Assembly (NCBI GenBank): GCA_028864975.1
Contig: JAGWLG010000034.1
Coordinates: 1 to 38,957, forward strand
Direction: 5' to 3'
DNA: 38,957 nucleotides
Source: Thermoplasmata archaeon
GTDB taxonomy: Archaea; Thermoplasmatota; Thermoplasmata; Lutacidiplasmatales; UBA184
Made by a program: the position numbers and the translations under genes. Of this stretch, positions 1 to 8,844 are shown one piece after another; position 1 is the first letter of the stretch; each line of letters opens with the position of its first letter. The notes below the pieces were generated by a model. It had not been told where the DNA came from, ran no database searches, and saw nothing but the letters and a program-made list of their open reading frames with translations.

Positions 1-645
1 GGGAACGCGGAGTACTTCGCGCGGAACCTCCCCCCTTCGGAGCACTGGCGGCTCTACTCCAGCTTCCCGAAGCGGACCGCGTTCCTGGACATCGAGACGA
101 CGGGGCTCTCGCCGCACCAGGGCATCGTCACCTGCGTCACCGTGCACGGCGGCGGGAAGACCCGGACCCTGGTCTACGGGGAGGACCTGGAAGAGCTGGG
201 CGCCCTCCTTCGACCCTTCGCTCTTCTGGTGACGTTCAACGGACGCGGGTTCGATGTGCCCTTCTTGGAGGTCCACCAGCCCGAGCTTCGTTTCCCTCCA
301 GCGCACGCGGACCTCCGTTGGCTCCTGCTTCGTTTGGGGCAGAAAGGGGGTCTCAAGATCATCGAGCGGAGGCTCGGGCTAGGCGACCGGACGGGCGTGG
401 AAGGGGTGGACGGCCTCGAGGCCGTGCGCCTGTGGGAATCGCACCGACGCGGCGTAAAGGGGGCCCTGGAGCGGTTGGTGGAGTACAACCGGAAGGATAC
501 GCAGAACCTCGAGCCCCTGATGGAGTACGCGACGCGGGAGATGGAGCGGCGACTCCTCCACAAGCATCGCCCAGAGGTCCTCCCTCAAGCGACCTCCGAG
601 GCCCGCCTCGCCCCGGTCGCCCGCTACCTGGCCGGCGGCCCCTGA
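1..645 (+). CDS. YprB-like RNase H-fold (DEDD-type) exonuclease, 5'-truncated by the window edge
   Basis: The frame is open from base 1 (GNAEYFARNLPPSEHWRLYSSFPKRTAFLDIETTGLSP...). It has FLDIETTGL, VTFNGRGFDVPFL and C-terminal LVEYNRKD motifs. Confidence 0.8.
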   Translation, partial: GNAEYFARNLPPSEHWRLYSSFPKRTAFLDIETTGLSPHQGIVTCVTVHGGGKTRTLVYGEDLEELGALLRPFALLVTFNGRGFDVPFLEVHQPELRFPPAHADLRWLLLRLGQKGGLKIIERRLGLGDRTGVEGVDGLEAVRLWESHRRGVKGALERLVEYNRKDTQNLEPLMEYATREMERRLLHKHRPEVLPQATSEARLAPVARYLAGGP

Positions 646-730
646 CCCCACGCCAGAGGTGACACGGCCGCCCGGAGGGGGTCGCGTCCCGGCCCCCCTT
701 CCTTCAAGTGCCGGAGGTGGTCCGCCCTCC

Positions 731-1879
731 GTGGTCTCCTTCCTTCGGGACCTGATCTGCCCCGCCTGCCGCCGGACGTTCGCGGACCGTCCGGCCCGGA
801 CGTTCTGCCAGGAGTGCGGGCGCACGCTGGTAGCCCGCTACGACCTCGAACAGGTCAAGGAGAAGATGACCCGCGACCGTCTCCGAGCGCGACCTCCGGA
901 CCTGAGGAGGTTCGAAGAGCTCCTCCCGATCCGAGAGGCACGCTCGCAGGTCTCCTTGGGCGAGATGGAGACGCCCGTCCTACGAGTGAACGACCCTGAG
1001 CTCGCCCCCCGCGGGGAGCTATGGGTGAAGTGCGACGGCTCTCTCCCCACCGGGACTTTCAAGGCGCGGGGGATGGCGATCGCCGTCTCGAAGGCGAAGG
1101 AGCTCGGACTCCAAAGCCTCTTCGTCCCGACCGCCGGGAACGCGGGGGCGGCGCTGGCAGCCTACGCAGCGCGGGGTTCCATGAAAGCCCTGGTCTTCAT
1201 GCCCCAAGGGGCCCCCGAGAGCGCTCAGCGCCAGGTGGAAGCCTACGGTGGAGAGCTTCGGACGGTCCCTGGCCACATCGGGGACGCCGCCCGCGTCGGC
1301 CGTGAGGAGGCGACGCGTCGCCGGGCCTTCGACGTCTCCACCCTGAGAGAGCCCTGGAGGGCCGAAGGGAAGAAGACCATGGGGCTCGAGATCTTCTGGC
1401 AGATGGGACGCGAAGGGATGCCTTCGGCCATCGTGTACCCCACCGGAGGCGGCACCGGCCTCGTTGGCATGCATCGGGCGTTCACCCAGCTCCGCGAGCT
1501 CGGATGGCTCGACCAGGTCCCTCGCCTCTACGCCGCGCAGAGCGAGGGTTGTGCCCCCGTGGTCGAGGCCCTCCGGCGGGGGGCCGAACAGGTCACTCCC
1601 GTCAAGGACCCCCGGACCGAGGCAGCCGGGCTCCGCGTCCCCTCCCCCTTCTCCAGCGAGGACATCTTGGGCGCGGTCCGTGCGACCCGCGGTGGCGGGG
1701 TCGCCGTCAAGGAAACCGCCATCGCCCCCGCCGCACGCCGATTCATGGCGGCGCACGGCATCTCCGTCGCCCGGGAGACCGGCACGGCTCTTGCAGGGCT
1801 CCGCCAGCTCCGTGAGGAGGGGGCGATCGACCCCCAGGAGCGTGTGCTGGTCTACAACACCGGGCTCTGGGTGGGGTAG
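731..1879 (+). CDS. thrC: Threonine synthase (PLP fold type II) with N-terminal zinc ribbon
   Basis: CPAC...CQECG knuckles, LWVKCDGSLPTGTFKARG (PLP lysine), PTAGNAGAALAAYAA and YPTGGGTG. Start GTG 731 follows GGAGGTG at 713-719; the ORF is open from 659. Confidence 0.8.
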   Translation: MVSFLRDLICPACRRTFADRPARTFCQECGRTLVARYDLEQVKEKMTRDRLRARPPDLRRFEELLPIREARSQVSLGEMETPVLRVNDPELAPRGELWVKCDGSLPTGTFKARGMAIAVSKAKELGLQSLFVPTAGNAGAALAAYAARGSMKALVFMPQGAPESAQRQVEAYGGELRTVPGHIGDAARVGREEATRRRAFDVSTLREPWRAEGKKTMGLEIFWQMGREGMPSAIVYPTGGGTGLVGMHRAFTQLRELGWLDQVPRLYAAQSEGCAPVVEALRRGAEQVTPVKDPRTEAAGLRVPSPFSSEDILGAVRATRGGGVAVKETAIAPAARRFMAAHGISVARETGTALAGLRQLREEGAIDPQERVLVYNTGLWVG

Positions 1880-2147
1880 CTCGCTCGCCGCGCCCGACCC
1901 TGTCGGCCCAACCCCCCGGGTCCTAGAGGTGTCGAGACGATGCATTCCCCGCGGGAGCCTCACGTCCTCGAGAGCGGTCGGCCCCTTGGTGCCACACGCG
2001 AGAATGGAGGTCCCCCCAGGCCGACGCGCGGCCGCCCGAGGTCAAGGTGGGAGGAGGGACCTCCCGCCCGCGGCAGACCGCGCTCCCGCTTCGAGTGGAA
2101 CGTCGCCTTTTTAGAGGCCCCCTCGGCGTGATTCCTTCAGCAACGTC

Positions 2148-2861
2148 ATGGACGCCAAGGTCTGGACCGTAGGGGCCACGCTCTTCGCCCTGCTCTACTT
2201 GACGCTGGGTGTGCTCCTGGTCTGGAGCGCGCTCGTGGTCGCGCTGGTCCTGGCCGCCTGGGTCCTGGGCCTGGAGACGGAAGGCCCCGAGGGGCTCAAG
2301 TACGTCGAGCTCGAGCTTCGCCCCGCCCTCTCGTTCGTCGGCATCTTCGCGCTCTCGGTGGTGATCCTCGGGCCCCACTTCCCTCCGGTCCTGAGCACGA
2401 CCCTCTACCCCGTCCAGTACGCCTCCCCGATGTCGGTCCTCCGCAAGACCCCCGTGATGTTCTACTTCGCCCTGGTCCCTCTTCTCACGGGGAGCTTGAT
2501 GACGATGCACCAGCGCTTCCATCCGCTCGGGGGGATCCTGTACCAGACCCCGCCTTCCCCTTCGACGCGGGTGCACGTCCATCTCCACACCTCCAAGGCC
2601 GCCTCTCGATCCCGCGACGAGGAGGACGAGGAGGAGGGCGACGAGGAGGAGGAAGCTCCCCGGCCCCGCCACCATCACCACCGTCCTCTCGAGATCCGCC
2701 ACCGGCTCAAGGCCGCCCATCCCTGGAAGTCGACCTCCGCCAAGGGGTCCGACCACGAAGATGACGAGGAGGACGGGGAGGAGGAAGTGGTGCGACGACC
2801 CCTACGCCTCCGCCGACACCCCCACCGAGCCCTCCGCTCAAGCGACAGCGCGGAGCTCTGA
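2148..2861 (+). CDS. Hypothetical membrane protein (about 3-4 TM) with acidic/His/Arg-rich C-terminal tail
   Basis: Hydrophobic segments in the N-terminal half, then DEEDEEEGDEEEE, HHHH and DDEEDGEEE tracts. Confidence 0.65.
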   Translation: MDAKVWTVGATLFALLYLTLGVLLVWSALVVALVLAAWVLGLETEGPEGLKYVELELRPALSFVGIFALSVVILGPHFPPVLSTTLYPVQYASPMSVLRKTPVMFYFALVPLLTGSLMTMHQRFHPLGGILYQTPPSPSTRVHVHLHTSKAASRSRDEEDEEEGDEEEEAPRPRHHHHRPLEIRHRLKAAHPWKSTSAKGSDHEDDEEDGEEEVVRRPLRLRRHPHRALRSSDSAEL

Positions 2862-2891
2862 GCGCCGGGAGGAGACTCCCCGCCCTGGGGG

Positions 2892-3590
2892 TCACCTCCT
2901 CCATCGGGGTCGGTCCAGAGGGACGGACCGCCCCTCTGTGGACGTAGAAAGCGTCTCTCGCCTCGAAGGCCCTCGCCTCGAGGAATACGCCGCCCCGCTC
3001 CGAGGCGGGAAGCCTCCCCGCCGTGCCGTCGGGCCGGTCGCTCCCCTATCGGGGGGAACGGAGTAGGTGCGCGAACGAAGCGGTCCCCGCGTCGCCGGGA
3101 CCCATATCCCTAGGCCACCTGGGAGCGGGAAGACCTCACCGCGGGGGTTCGTGTACCGGGCGAACGCCTGGCGCTGGGGGGAGGGACTTCGAGGAAGTGT
3201 AAGAGCACGGACCGGGGGTCTCTGTCCGGCCACGTTCGGCAGACGATAATGCGTCGGGGCGTGGGCGGAGGGCAGCCAGACGCCGACCCCTCCGGGGATC
3301 GGGAGCACCACTCCAGGAACTTGGCCCGGCCCCCGCACGTTCAAGGCGGGCCGCGTCAGGCGTCGAGGGAGCGTGGGGATCGTCGCGAACCCCCCCAGCA
3401 TGAGCGCGAGCCCGGCGATGAGGCCGAGGGTGTTGTCCACCCCACCCACGAAGGTGCAACTTCCTCCCCCGGTCCCTGAGGCTCCCGAGCACTCGCTCCC
3501 CGAGGAGAAGAGCGTGAGGAGGACGAGGCCCACGCCTACGCCGAAGAGGCCGTAGGCGACTGCTGCCGCCACCCAATGCCGCAGCCTCAC
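2892..3590 (-). CDS. Hypothetical 2-TM membrane protein with Pro/Arg-rich tail
   Basis: GTG start preceded by AGGAGG. Two hydrophobic helices flank a loop with a Cys pair (SECSG...GSCTF). Confidence 0.55.
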   Translation of the reverse strand: MRLRHWVAAAVAYGLFGVGVGLVLLTLFSSGSECSGASGTGGGSCTFVGGVDNTLGLIAGLALMLGGFATIPTLPRRLTRPALNVRGPGQVPGVVLPIPGGVGVWLPSAHAPTHYRLPNVAGQRPPVRALTLPRSPSPQRQAFARYTNPRGEVFPLPGGLGIWVPATRGPLRSRTYSVPPDRGATGPTARRGGFPPRSGAAYSSRRGPSRRETLSTSTEGRSVPLDRPRWRR

Positions 3591-3788
3591 GTGGCGCCTC
3601 CTTCCTCGACCTTACACCCGCCGAGGAGATGACCGTACCGGCAACCTCGGTCACGGTCTCCGTCGCAGCCGTCTTCGTGCTTGACCTGACGTCGTAGGGG
3701 CGCTCAGGGCCCCCCCTGCGCGCCGTTCTGGCGCGTGGGGGGCACCCGTTCGAAAGTGGGAGGACGGGAAGGGGTTGGGCGCCGAGCG

Positions 3789-3813
3789 AGAACGCCTGAG
3801 GTTCAGGCGTTCT
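3789..3813. other. Perfect 11-bp inverted repeat (hairpin) overlapping the stop codon of the 3803-4018 gene
   Basis: AGAACGCCTGA (3789-3799), GGT loop, TCAGGCGTTCT (3803-3813). Confidence 0.6.
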
Positions 3814-4018
3814 TCATCTTGGCCATCGCGACGTAGCCACCCTTGTCGAGGTAGTACATCGCGCCCTTCTCGCGTGTGAACTTCTCGGTCCCCACACGAG
3901 CCTTCTTACCGCGCTTGTTCCGGGCGGTGGGCGTCTTCCAGACGTACCCATCCTTCCCCAGATAGTACAGGTAGCCGTCCTCGCGCGAGACTTTCTCCTT
4001 GCCGATCCTCTTTCCCAT
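3803..4018 (-). CDS. Small basic protein made of two tandem Cc1-like (archaeal chromatin protein) units
   Basis: 71 aa, Lys-rich, with an internal duplication: IGKEKVSREDGYLYYLGKDGYV and VGTEKFTREKGAMYYLDKGGYV. Cc1 resemblance is recalled, not searched. Confidence 0.6.
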   Translation of the reverse strand: MGKRIGKEKVSREDGYLYYLGKDGYVWKTPTARNKRGKKARVGTEKFTREKGAMYYLDKGGYVAMAKMKNA

Positions 4019-4234
4019 GGTCGTGGCCTCGGGAGCGGGATTCCTGTCGACCTATTTGACGGTCCCGGACCGCGTAACGGTGAGGCACTCGGCCCCCCCC
4101 AGCGGTCCAGAACAGGGGCCTAGCGGTGGCTTCTTGAGAAGCTGCGAGGCCCGTGGCAGCGTTCAAGGGAGCTCAGGGCAAGGTCCAGTGCGGCCTCCAG
4201 CGAAGGAGCGAGCACCTTCGGGAACGTAGCCATG

Positions 4235-4264
4235 TGAGAATACTCAAGTACTGAAATATTCTCA
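4235..4264. promoter_or_regulatory. AT-rich dyad (operator- or recombination-site-like) in a divergent intergenic region
   Basis: TGAGAATA (4235-4242) and TATTCTCA (4257-4264) form a perfect inverted pair centred exactly on the palindrome AGTACT (4247-4252). Confidence 0.5.
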
Positions 4265-4359
4265 TGTTGTCTCGAGGGAGGATCGGGATGGGCTTGCGAG
4301 CGTCCCGATCGCATCGAGCTCTCACGATCGGAGTCGGCGCCGTTATGGAGTGAGGACAC

Positions 4360-4680
4360 ATGGTACGCTCAGCGGCAGGCGCGGCAATGGAGAAGGCCCC
4401 ATCCTGGTTCGAACGGATCCTCCTGCCTCAGCTCAGCGAGATCAAGGGCCAGCTGACCGCCTTGAACGCCAAGATGGACTCCCTGCGGAACGAGCTCAAG
4501 TCCGACATCGCCCGGGTGGACCAACGCGTGGACGGCCTGGAGAAGCGGATGGACGACCGGTTCTCCGGCATGGAAAAGAGGATGGAGGACCAGTTCTCGA
4601 ACCTCGAGAAGCGGCTCGACGTCGTCCGCGAGCTGGACGACCTCAAGACGCAGTTCGCCGAGTTCAGGGCCTCGCGTTGA
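4360..4680 (+). CDS. Small coiled-coil protein with 11-residue repeats
   Basis: ATG after a GAGG SD. Repeats LEKRMDDRFSG / MEKRMEDQFSN / LEKRLD. Confidence 0.75.
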   Translation: MVRSAAGAAMEKAPSWFERILLPQLSEIKGQLTALNAKMDSLRNELKSDIARVDQRVDGLEKRMDDRFSGMEKRMEDQFSNLEKRLDVVRELDDLKTQFAEFRASR

Positions 4681-4780
4681 CCGGCGGCAGCGCGAGGGTA
4701 GTGCTCGCGGCGATGCCCCCTCCCGGGCGTCGGTCACCCCGCGCGGATCCGGAACGGTCCATCCCGCGCCCTCGTGAAGA

Positions 4781-5443
4781 TCAGGCCGCCCCGCCGGCGC
4801 CCGCCGCCCCCGTCGCACGCATCGCCGAGCGGAGCCTGCGGTCCCAGTCGACCGGGATGGGCGTGCCATCCAGCTTCACCGACCCCCGCTTCAGCCCCAG
4901 GTCGACCAGCATCACGAGTCCGACCACGTCCTGTCGCAAGGCTTCGATCGCGCCGGTCACGTCCCCCCGGAGCCACATCGCCCCGATCCCTTCCCGCCCT
5001 CGGGTGAGCACCATCCCGATGTTCTCCTGGATCAGGCGCTCCACGGTCGGACGCGCACGGGCTTTCGCAGCGACGGACCGATAGATCTCGAGGACCGGCG
5101 CTGCCGAGAAGGAGAGCGCGGGGAGCTGGTAGCGGACGAACTCCTGCTCCAGCCCTTTGAGCTGGACGTTGAAGCGATCGAAGAGAACGAACCCCCGCCC
5201 CTCGACGACCCATCCCCCAAGAAGCGCGTAGGCCTGCCAGAGCGGCGGTGTCGCGTTCAGGACCGCCTGGCGCATACGGGGATGGGCGATCGCGTCCTCC
5301 CGAACGAACACCTTCGGTTCCTTCGGGGCATCGGACGAGACCAGCGAGAGGGCGTTGACGCGCAGGGCGTCCCCCTCCCCCTCCGTGAGCATCGAGAGCG
5401 CGACCCACGGGAGGACCTGGCGCGCTCGCCCAGAGGTCGCCAT
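4781..5443 (-). CDS. Hypothetical soluble protein, third gene of the acylase operon
   Basis: Globular-looking composition; ATG 5443 lies 14 bp after the stop of the upstream gene. Confidence 0.6.
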   Translation of the reverse strand: MATSGRARQVLPWVALSMLTEGEGDALRVNALSLVSSDAPKEPKVFVREDAIAHPRMRQAVLNATPPLWQAYALLGGWVVEGRGFVLFDRFNVQLKGLEQEFVRYQLPALSFSAAPVLEIYRSVAAKARARPTVERLIQENIGMVLTRGREGIGAMWLRGDVTGAIEALRQDVVGLVMLVDLGLKRGSVKLDGTPIPVDWDRRLRSAMRATGAAGAGGAA

Positions 5444-5457
5444 CGCTCTCGTTCCCC

Positions 5458-6003
5458 TCAAACCTTCTCGACGGGAGCGACCAACGGAAGTGGCCGGATC
5501 TCATCCCAGAACCGCAGGCCTCCGGCCACCGTAAGCGATCCCAGGGCGGAGAGGACCCCCAGGAGCAGCGGGCCGACCAGGAAGGCCACCGTGGTGCTCC
5601 CTCCAAGATTGGAGGCGATGATGGCCGCGAGCTTGTCGCGGGGTCCCACCGGAAGCAGGAGGAGCTGGACTCCCCAGTATCCGAAGCCGAGGACGAACCC
5701 CACGAGGAGGGCCCACAGCCTTGAGCGCTTCCAGCCCACGACCCCCCATATCGAGAGGATGGGAAGTGCCGCCCACCATGCAGGGACGAGCACGACCAGC
5801 AAGAGCAGGGGTTGGCTGACCAGGACGAAGATCAGCAAGAGCAGGTAGAGATGGGATCGTTGGCGCCGGGTCTCTTCAGGGGAGGCGGAGGGCCTCTCTT
5901 CCCCCTTCTTGACCGCGGGAGCCACTTCGGGCCTCTCGCCCGGAGCTCCCGAGGGGGCAGCCTCCGGGGACCCGGGCAGGTCCGCTCGCTCTTCCTCGCT
6001 CAT
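5458..6003 (-). CDS. Hypothetical membrane protein (about 4 TM)
   Basis: ATG 6003 overlaps the acylase TGA (ATGA, translational coupling); several hydrophobic helices. Confidence 0.7.
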   Translation of the reverse strand: MSEEERADLPGSPEAAPSGAPGERPEVAPAVKKGEERPSASPEETRRQRSHLYLLLLIFVLVSQPLLLLVVLVPAWWAALPILSIWGVVGWKRSRLWALLVGFVLGFGYWGVQLLLLPVGPRDKLAAIIASNLGGSTTVAFLVGPLLLGVLSALGSLTVAGGLRFWDEIRPLPLVAPVEKV

Positions 6004-8666
6004 GGCTGAAGGGTCCATGTGGAGACGACATGCTGGGGAAACGGGCCGCTCGACTGCATCACTAGCGACATGTCCACGTAGGTGTGGTCGATCCAGTTCC
6101 CGAGAAGGTCCGCGTAGTAGGGAGAGACCGGGTCCTCGGAAGCCCCCCCGGGAAGGATGCCGTAGGCAACTCCTCCGACCGGGGAGCTGGGGTCTGGCTC
6201 CGAGACCATGCGAAGAGAGGAGCTGATCGACACCTGGGTCAGCGGGAACGTGAGGTTCGTCGTGAAGGGCGCGACGCTCACGGTGTAGCCGTCACCCCAC
6301 CACGGGTAAGGCCCGACCGCGAACTGGGCCTCCCCTGTGAGCGAAGGCATCGTGAAGGGATGCGCGACGCCCCAGGTCCACCCGGTGGGAGAGGAGACCC
6401 CCTGCTTCGCAAAGTCGCTCGACAAGAGGTCCAACGCGCTCGCGGCGGACCGGTTCGCGAGGTCGCTCCATCCGTTCGGGAACCAGACCGAGGTCGGGTC
6501 GTTCTTCGAGATCCACTGGAGCGAGTCCGGGAAAGGGTCGGGCGCGGTGGAGAAGTCGTGGGCCTTGAGGAGCGGGACGTAGGAACTGTCGACGACCTCG
6601 TTCATCCAGTACGAATAGATGGTCGGGGCCACCTCTCCGACGTTGAACGACCCGTTCCACCCTTCGACGATGGGAAGGACCGTGGTCGCGAGCGAGGCGG
6701 CCGTGCTGTCCGACCCGCGGGTCACGTTCTGGAGCGCGCTCACGAGCTGCGGTTTCAACAGGAGCGACCACTGGTCGGTGACGTTCGCCTGTAGCACCTG
6801 CATGAGACCCACGGACATCGTGGGGTGTGATTTCAGGAAGTTCCCGATAGCGTGGGCCCTCCCGCCCGAGTCCCAGAACCCTCCGATGAACGGGTAGGGG
6901 TAGTTCTGACCCACGGTGGGTTGGTTCGGGGCATAGAAGTATCCGTCCCCCGGGTCCTTCCACGTGGGCTCGAGGGCGGCGGGCACGTACCCTGACGGCT
7001 CCAGCGACCCGTTGCCGTTCATGGGCGCTCGCGACCCCACGACGAGGACGTGCTGGCCGTTCGGCATCGTGACGTTGATCAGGGGGTACTGGCAGGGGAT
7101 GTCCCACCCGATGTGGGTCGTTCCCGCGCTCCGGTTGTTCTCGGCCACCAGCACGTTCAGGTTCGGGACGGTCCACCACTGGTGGAGGATGGAGAAGAAC
7201 TGGTCGACCGACTGCGCCTTGTCGAACTCCATCTCGGCCATCGCTTCCCACGTGGGTCCGTCGGCCTTCCAGCGGAGCGCGAGCCCGTAGTTCGCGTCCC
7301 GCGCGAGCACCCGGCCGTTGTCCCCCGCCGACTCGAGCTGGATCGTCTCGGTCCGTGCCGTTGTGCTGGAAGTGGCCGCAACGCTCCAGCTCTCGTTCCA
7401 GATCGTGAGGGGATGCCAGGAGCCGTTCTCGTAGTAGGAGTTGCCCGACAGGGTCTCGACGTAGTCGAGGGCCGTCGCACCCTCGGAGTTCGTCAAGGCC
7501 CAGGCCACGTGGGGGTTGTGCCCGATCAGCACCCCTGGCAACCCCGCGAGGCTCCATCCGGACACGTCATAGTTCGGGTCGATGAGCTCGGTCGCGACCC
7601 AGAGCGACGGGAGCTGGATCGGGAGGTGCGGGTCGTTAGCCAGTATGGCCATCCCATCGCTCGTGCGGCTCCCGTTCACCACCCAGCTGTTGCTCCCGCC
7701 GCCCTGGGTCACCTCCGGCACCGGGATGTAGGGGTCGGTCGTGGCGTTGAGCGCGGCGTGGTAGACCGGAGCGAGGGCACTCTCCTCCGCGGCCGAGACG
7801 CCCGTCGCCCAGGGCGCGAGCCAGTCCTGCGAGAAGACGTAGGAAGGGGAGACTCCCTTCGAAGAGAGGGAGACGCCGTTCTGGGTGGTTCCGTCCCCCG
7901 GCATCACGGTGTAGTTCTGCCAGTAGTCGCTGTAGAGCGGGAACATCTCGTTCGTGGCGGTGTCCCCGACGGCGTCTTGAGCGAGCCCCGCCCAGATCGG
8001 CTCGCTGATCCCCGTCGTCTGCCCCCAAGTCATGAGCTCCTGCCAGGCGAAGGTCGCGTAGGGGTTCCACTTGTACGGGGTGATCCCTAGCCCGACCATC
8101 TCGAGCGGAAGGCGGTCGTGCGCTTCGGCCCACGCGATGTAGGCGTTCACGCCGGCCGAGTAGGCGTTGAGGTCCGCCGAGAGCGTCGGTGAGACCGACG
8201 CGACCTCCGCCTGCATCTCGAGGGCTGCTTGAGGGAGGCCGAGGGTCCGGAACGCGATGTCCGAGGTGAGCCCGCTCGGTCCGACCCAGGACGAGACGTT
8301 CCCCTGCGCGGCCAGGCTTTCCACCTCCATCTGGAAGAGACGATCGGAAGCCTGGGCGTACCCCTGGGCAAACAGGAGGTCCTGGTCGTCCTGGGCAAAG
8401 ATGTGGGCCGTCCCAGCTCCATCACGGATGATGGTCACGGGGTGTTCGAGGCCGGGGAGCGTGAAGGTCTGGTTCCCCCAGGGCTCGGTCAAGCCCCAGA
8501 GCCCATGCGCGGGGTCGAGCAGCGTGAGGTACGGGCCGAGTGCGACGCTCCCGGCGACGACAAGGACCAGGGGGATGGCGAAGAGCAGCAGGCGAGAGAT
8601 CCGAGGCTTGCGCCAGCGTCCCCGAGGCGGGTCTCGTGGGGCCGGCGTCGGCAGGTCACTCCCCAT
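6000..8666 (-). CDS. Membrane-anchored penicillin acylase family protein (Ntn hydrolase, S45)
   Basis: N-terminal TM; alpha-chain motifs IIRDGAGTAHIFA and FAQGYAQASDRLFQME; beta-chain start GSNSWVVNG...LANDPHL (N-terminal Ser nucleophile); IGHNPHVAWALTN. Confidence 0.92.
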   Translation of the reverse strand: MGSDLPTPAPRDPPRGRWRKPRISRLLLFAIPLVLVVAGSVALGPYLTLLDPAHGLWGLTEPWGNQTFTLPGLEHPVTIIRDGAGTAHIFAQDDQDLLFAQGYAQASDRLFQMEVESLAAQGNVSSWVGPSGLTSDIAFRTLGLPQAALEMQAEVASVSPTLSADLNAYSAGVNAYIAWAEAHDRLPLEMVGLGITPYKWNPYATFAWQELMTWGQTTGISEPIWAGLAQDAVGDTATNEMFPLYSDYWQNYTVMPGDGTTQNGVSLSSKGVSPSYVFSQDWLAPWATGVSAAEESALAPVYHAALNATTDPYIPVPEVTQGGGSNSWVVNGSRTSDGMAILANDPHLPIQLPSLWVATELIDPNYDVSGWSLAGLPGVLIGHNPHVAWALTNSEGATALDYVETLSGNSYYENGSWHPLTIWNESWSVAATSSTTARTETIQLESAGDNGRVLARDANYGLALRWKADGPTWEAMAEMEFDKAQSVDQFFSILHQWWTVPNLNVLVAENNRSAGTTHIGWDIPCQYPLINVTMPNGQHVLVVGSRAPMNGNGSLEPSGYVPAALEPTWKDPGDGYFYAPNQPTVGQNYPYPFIGGFWDSGGRAHAIGNFLKSHPTMSVGLMQVLQANVTDQWSLLLKPQLVSALQNVTRGSDSTAASLATTVLPIVEGWNGSFNVGEVAPTIYSYWMNEVVDSSYVPLLKAHDFSTAPDPFPDSLQWISKNDPTSVWFPNGWSDLANRSAASALDLLSSDFAKQGVSSPTGWTWGVAHPFTMPSLTGEAQFAVGPYPWWGDGYTVSVAPFTTNLTFPLTQVSISSSLRMVSEPDPSSPVGGVAYGILPGGASEDPVSPYYADLLGNWIDHTYVDMSLVMQSSGPFPQHVVSTWTLQP

Positions 8667-8678
8667 CGTCCGCCCGTA

Positions 8679-8694
8679 CTATCCTAGGGGATAG
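8679..8694. promoter_or_regulatory. Short palindrome CTATCC-TAGG-GGATAG between divergent genes
   Basis: Perfect 6-bp arms with a 4-bp spacer, 13 bp upstream of the acylase start. Confidence 0.35.
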
Positions 8695-8844
8695 ACTTTT
8701 TCGGGGGGTGGGAACCGCGGAGCTCCTCCGGGAGATGCCGTCGCAGGCCGCCGACCATCTCGTGGGCCGAGGTCCCCTACACACGGGGGATCTTCCGAGC
8801 GAGCTGAGGTTCATCTGGGCGTTCCCTCTCCTGGCGCTCGAGCG

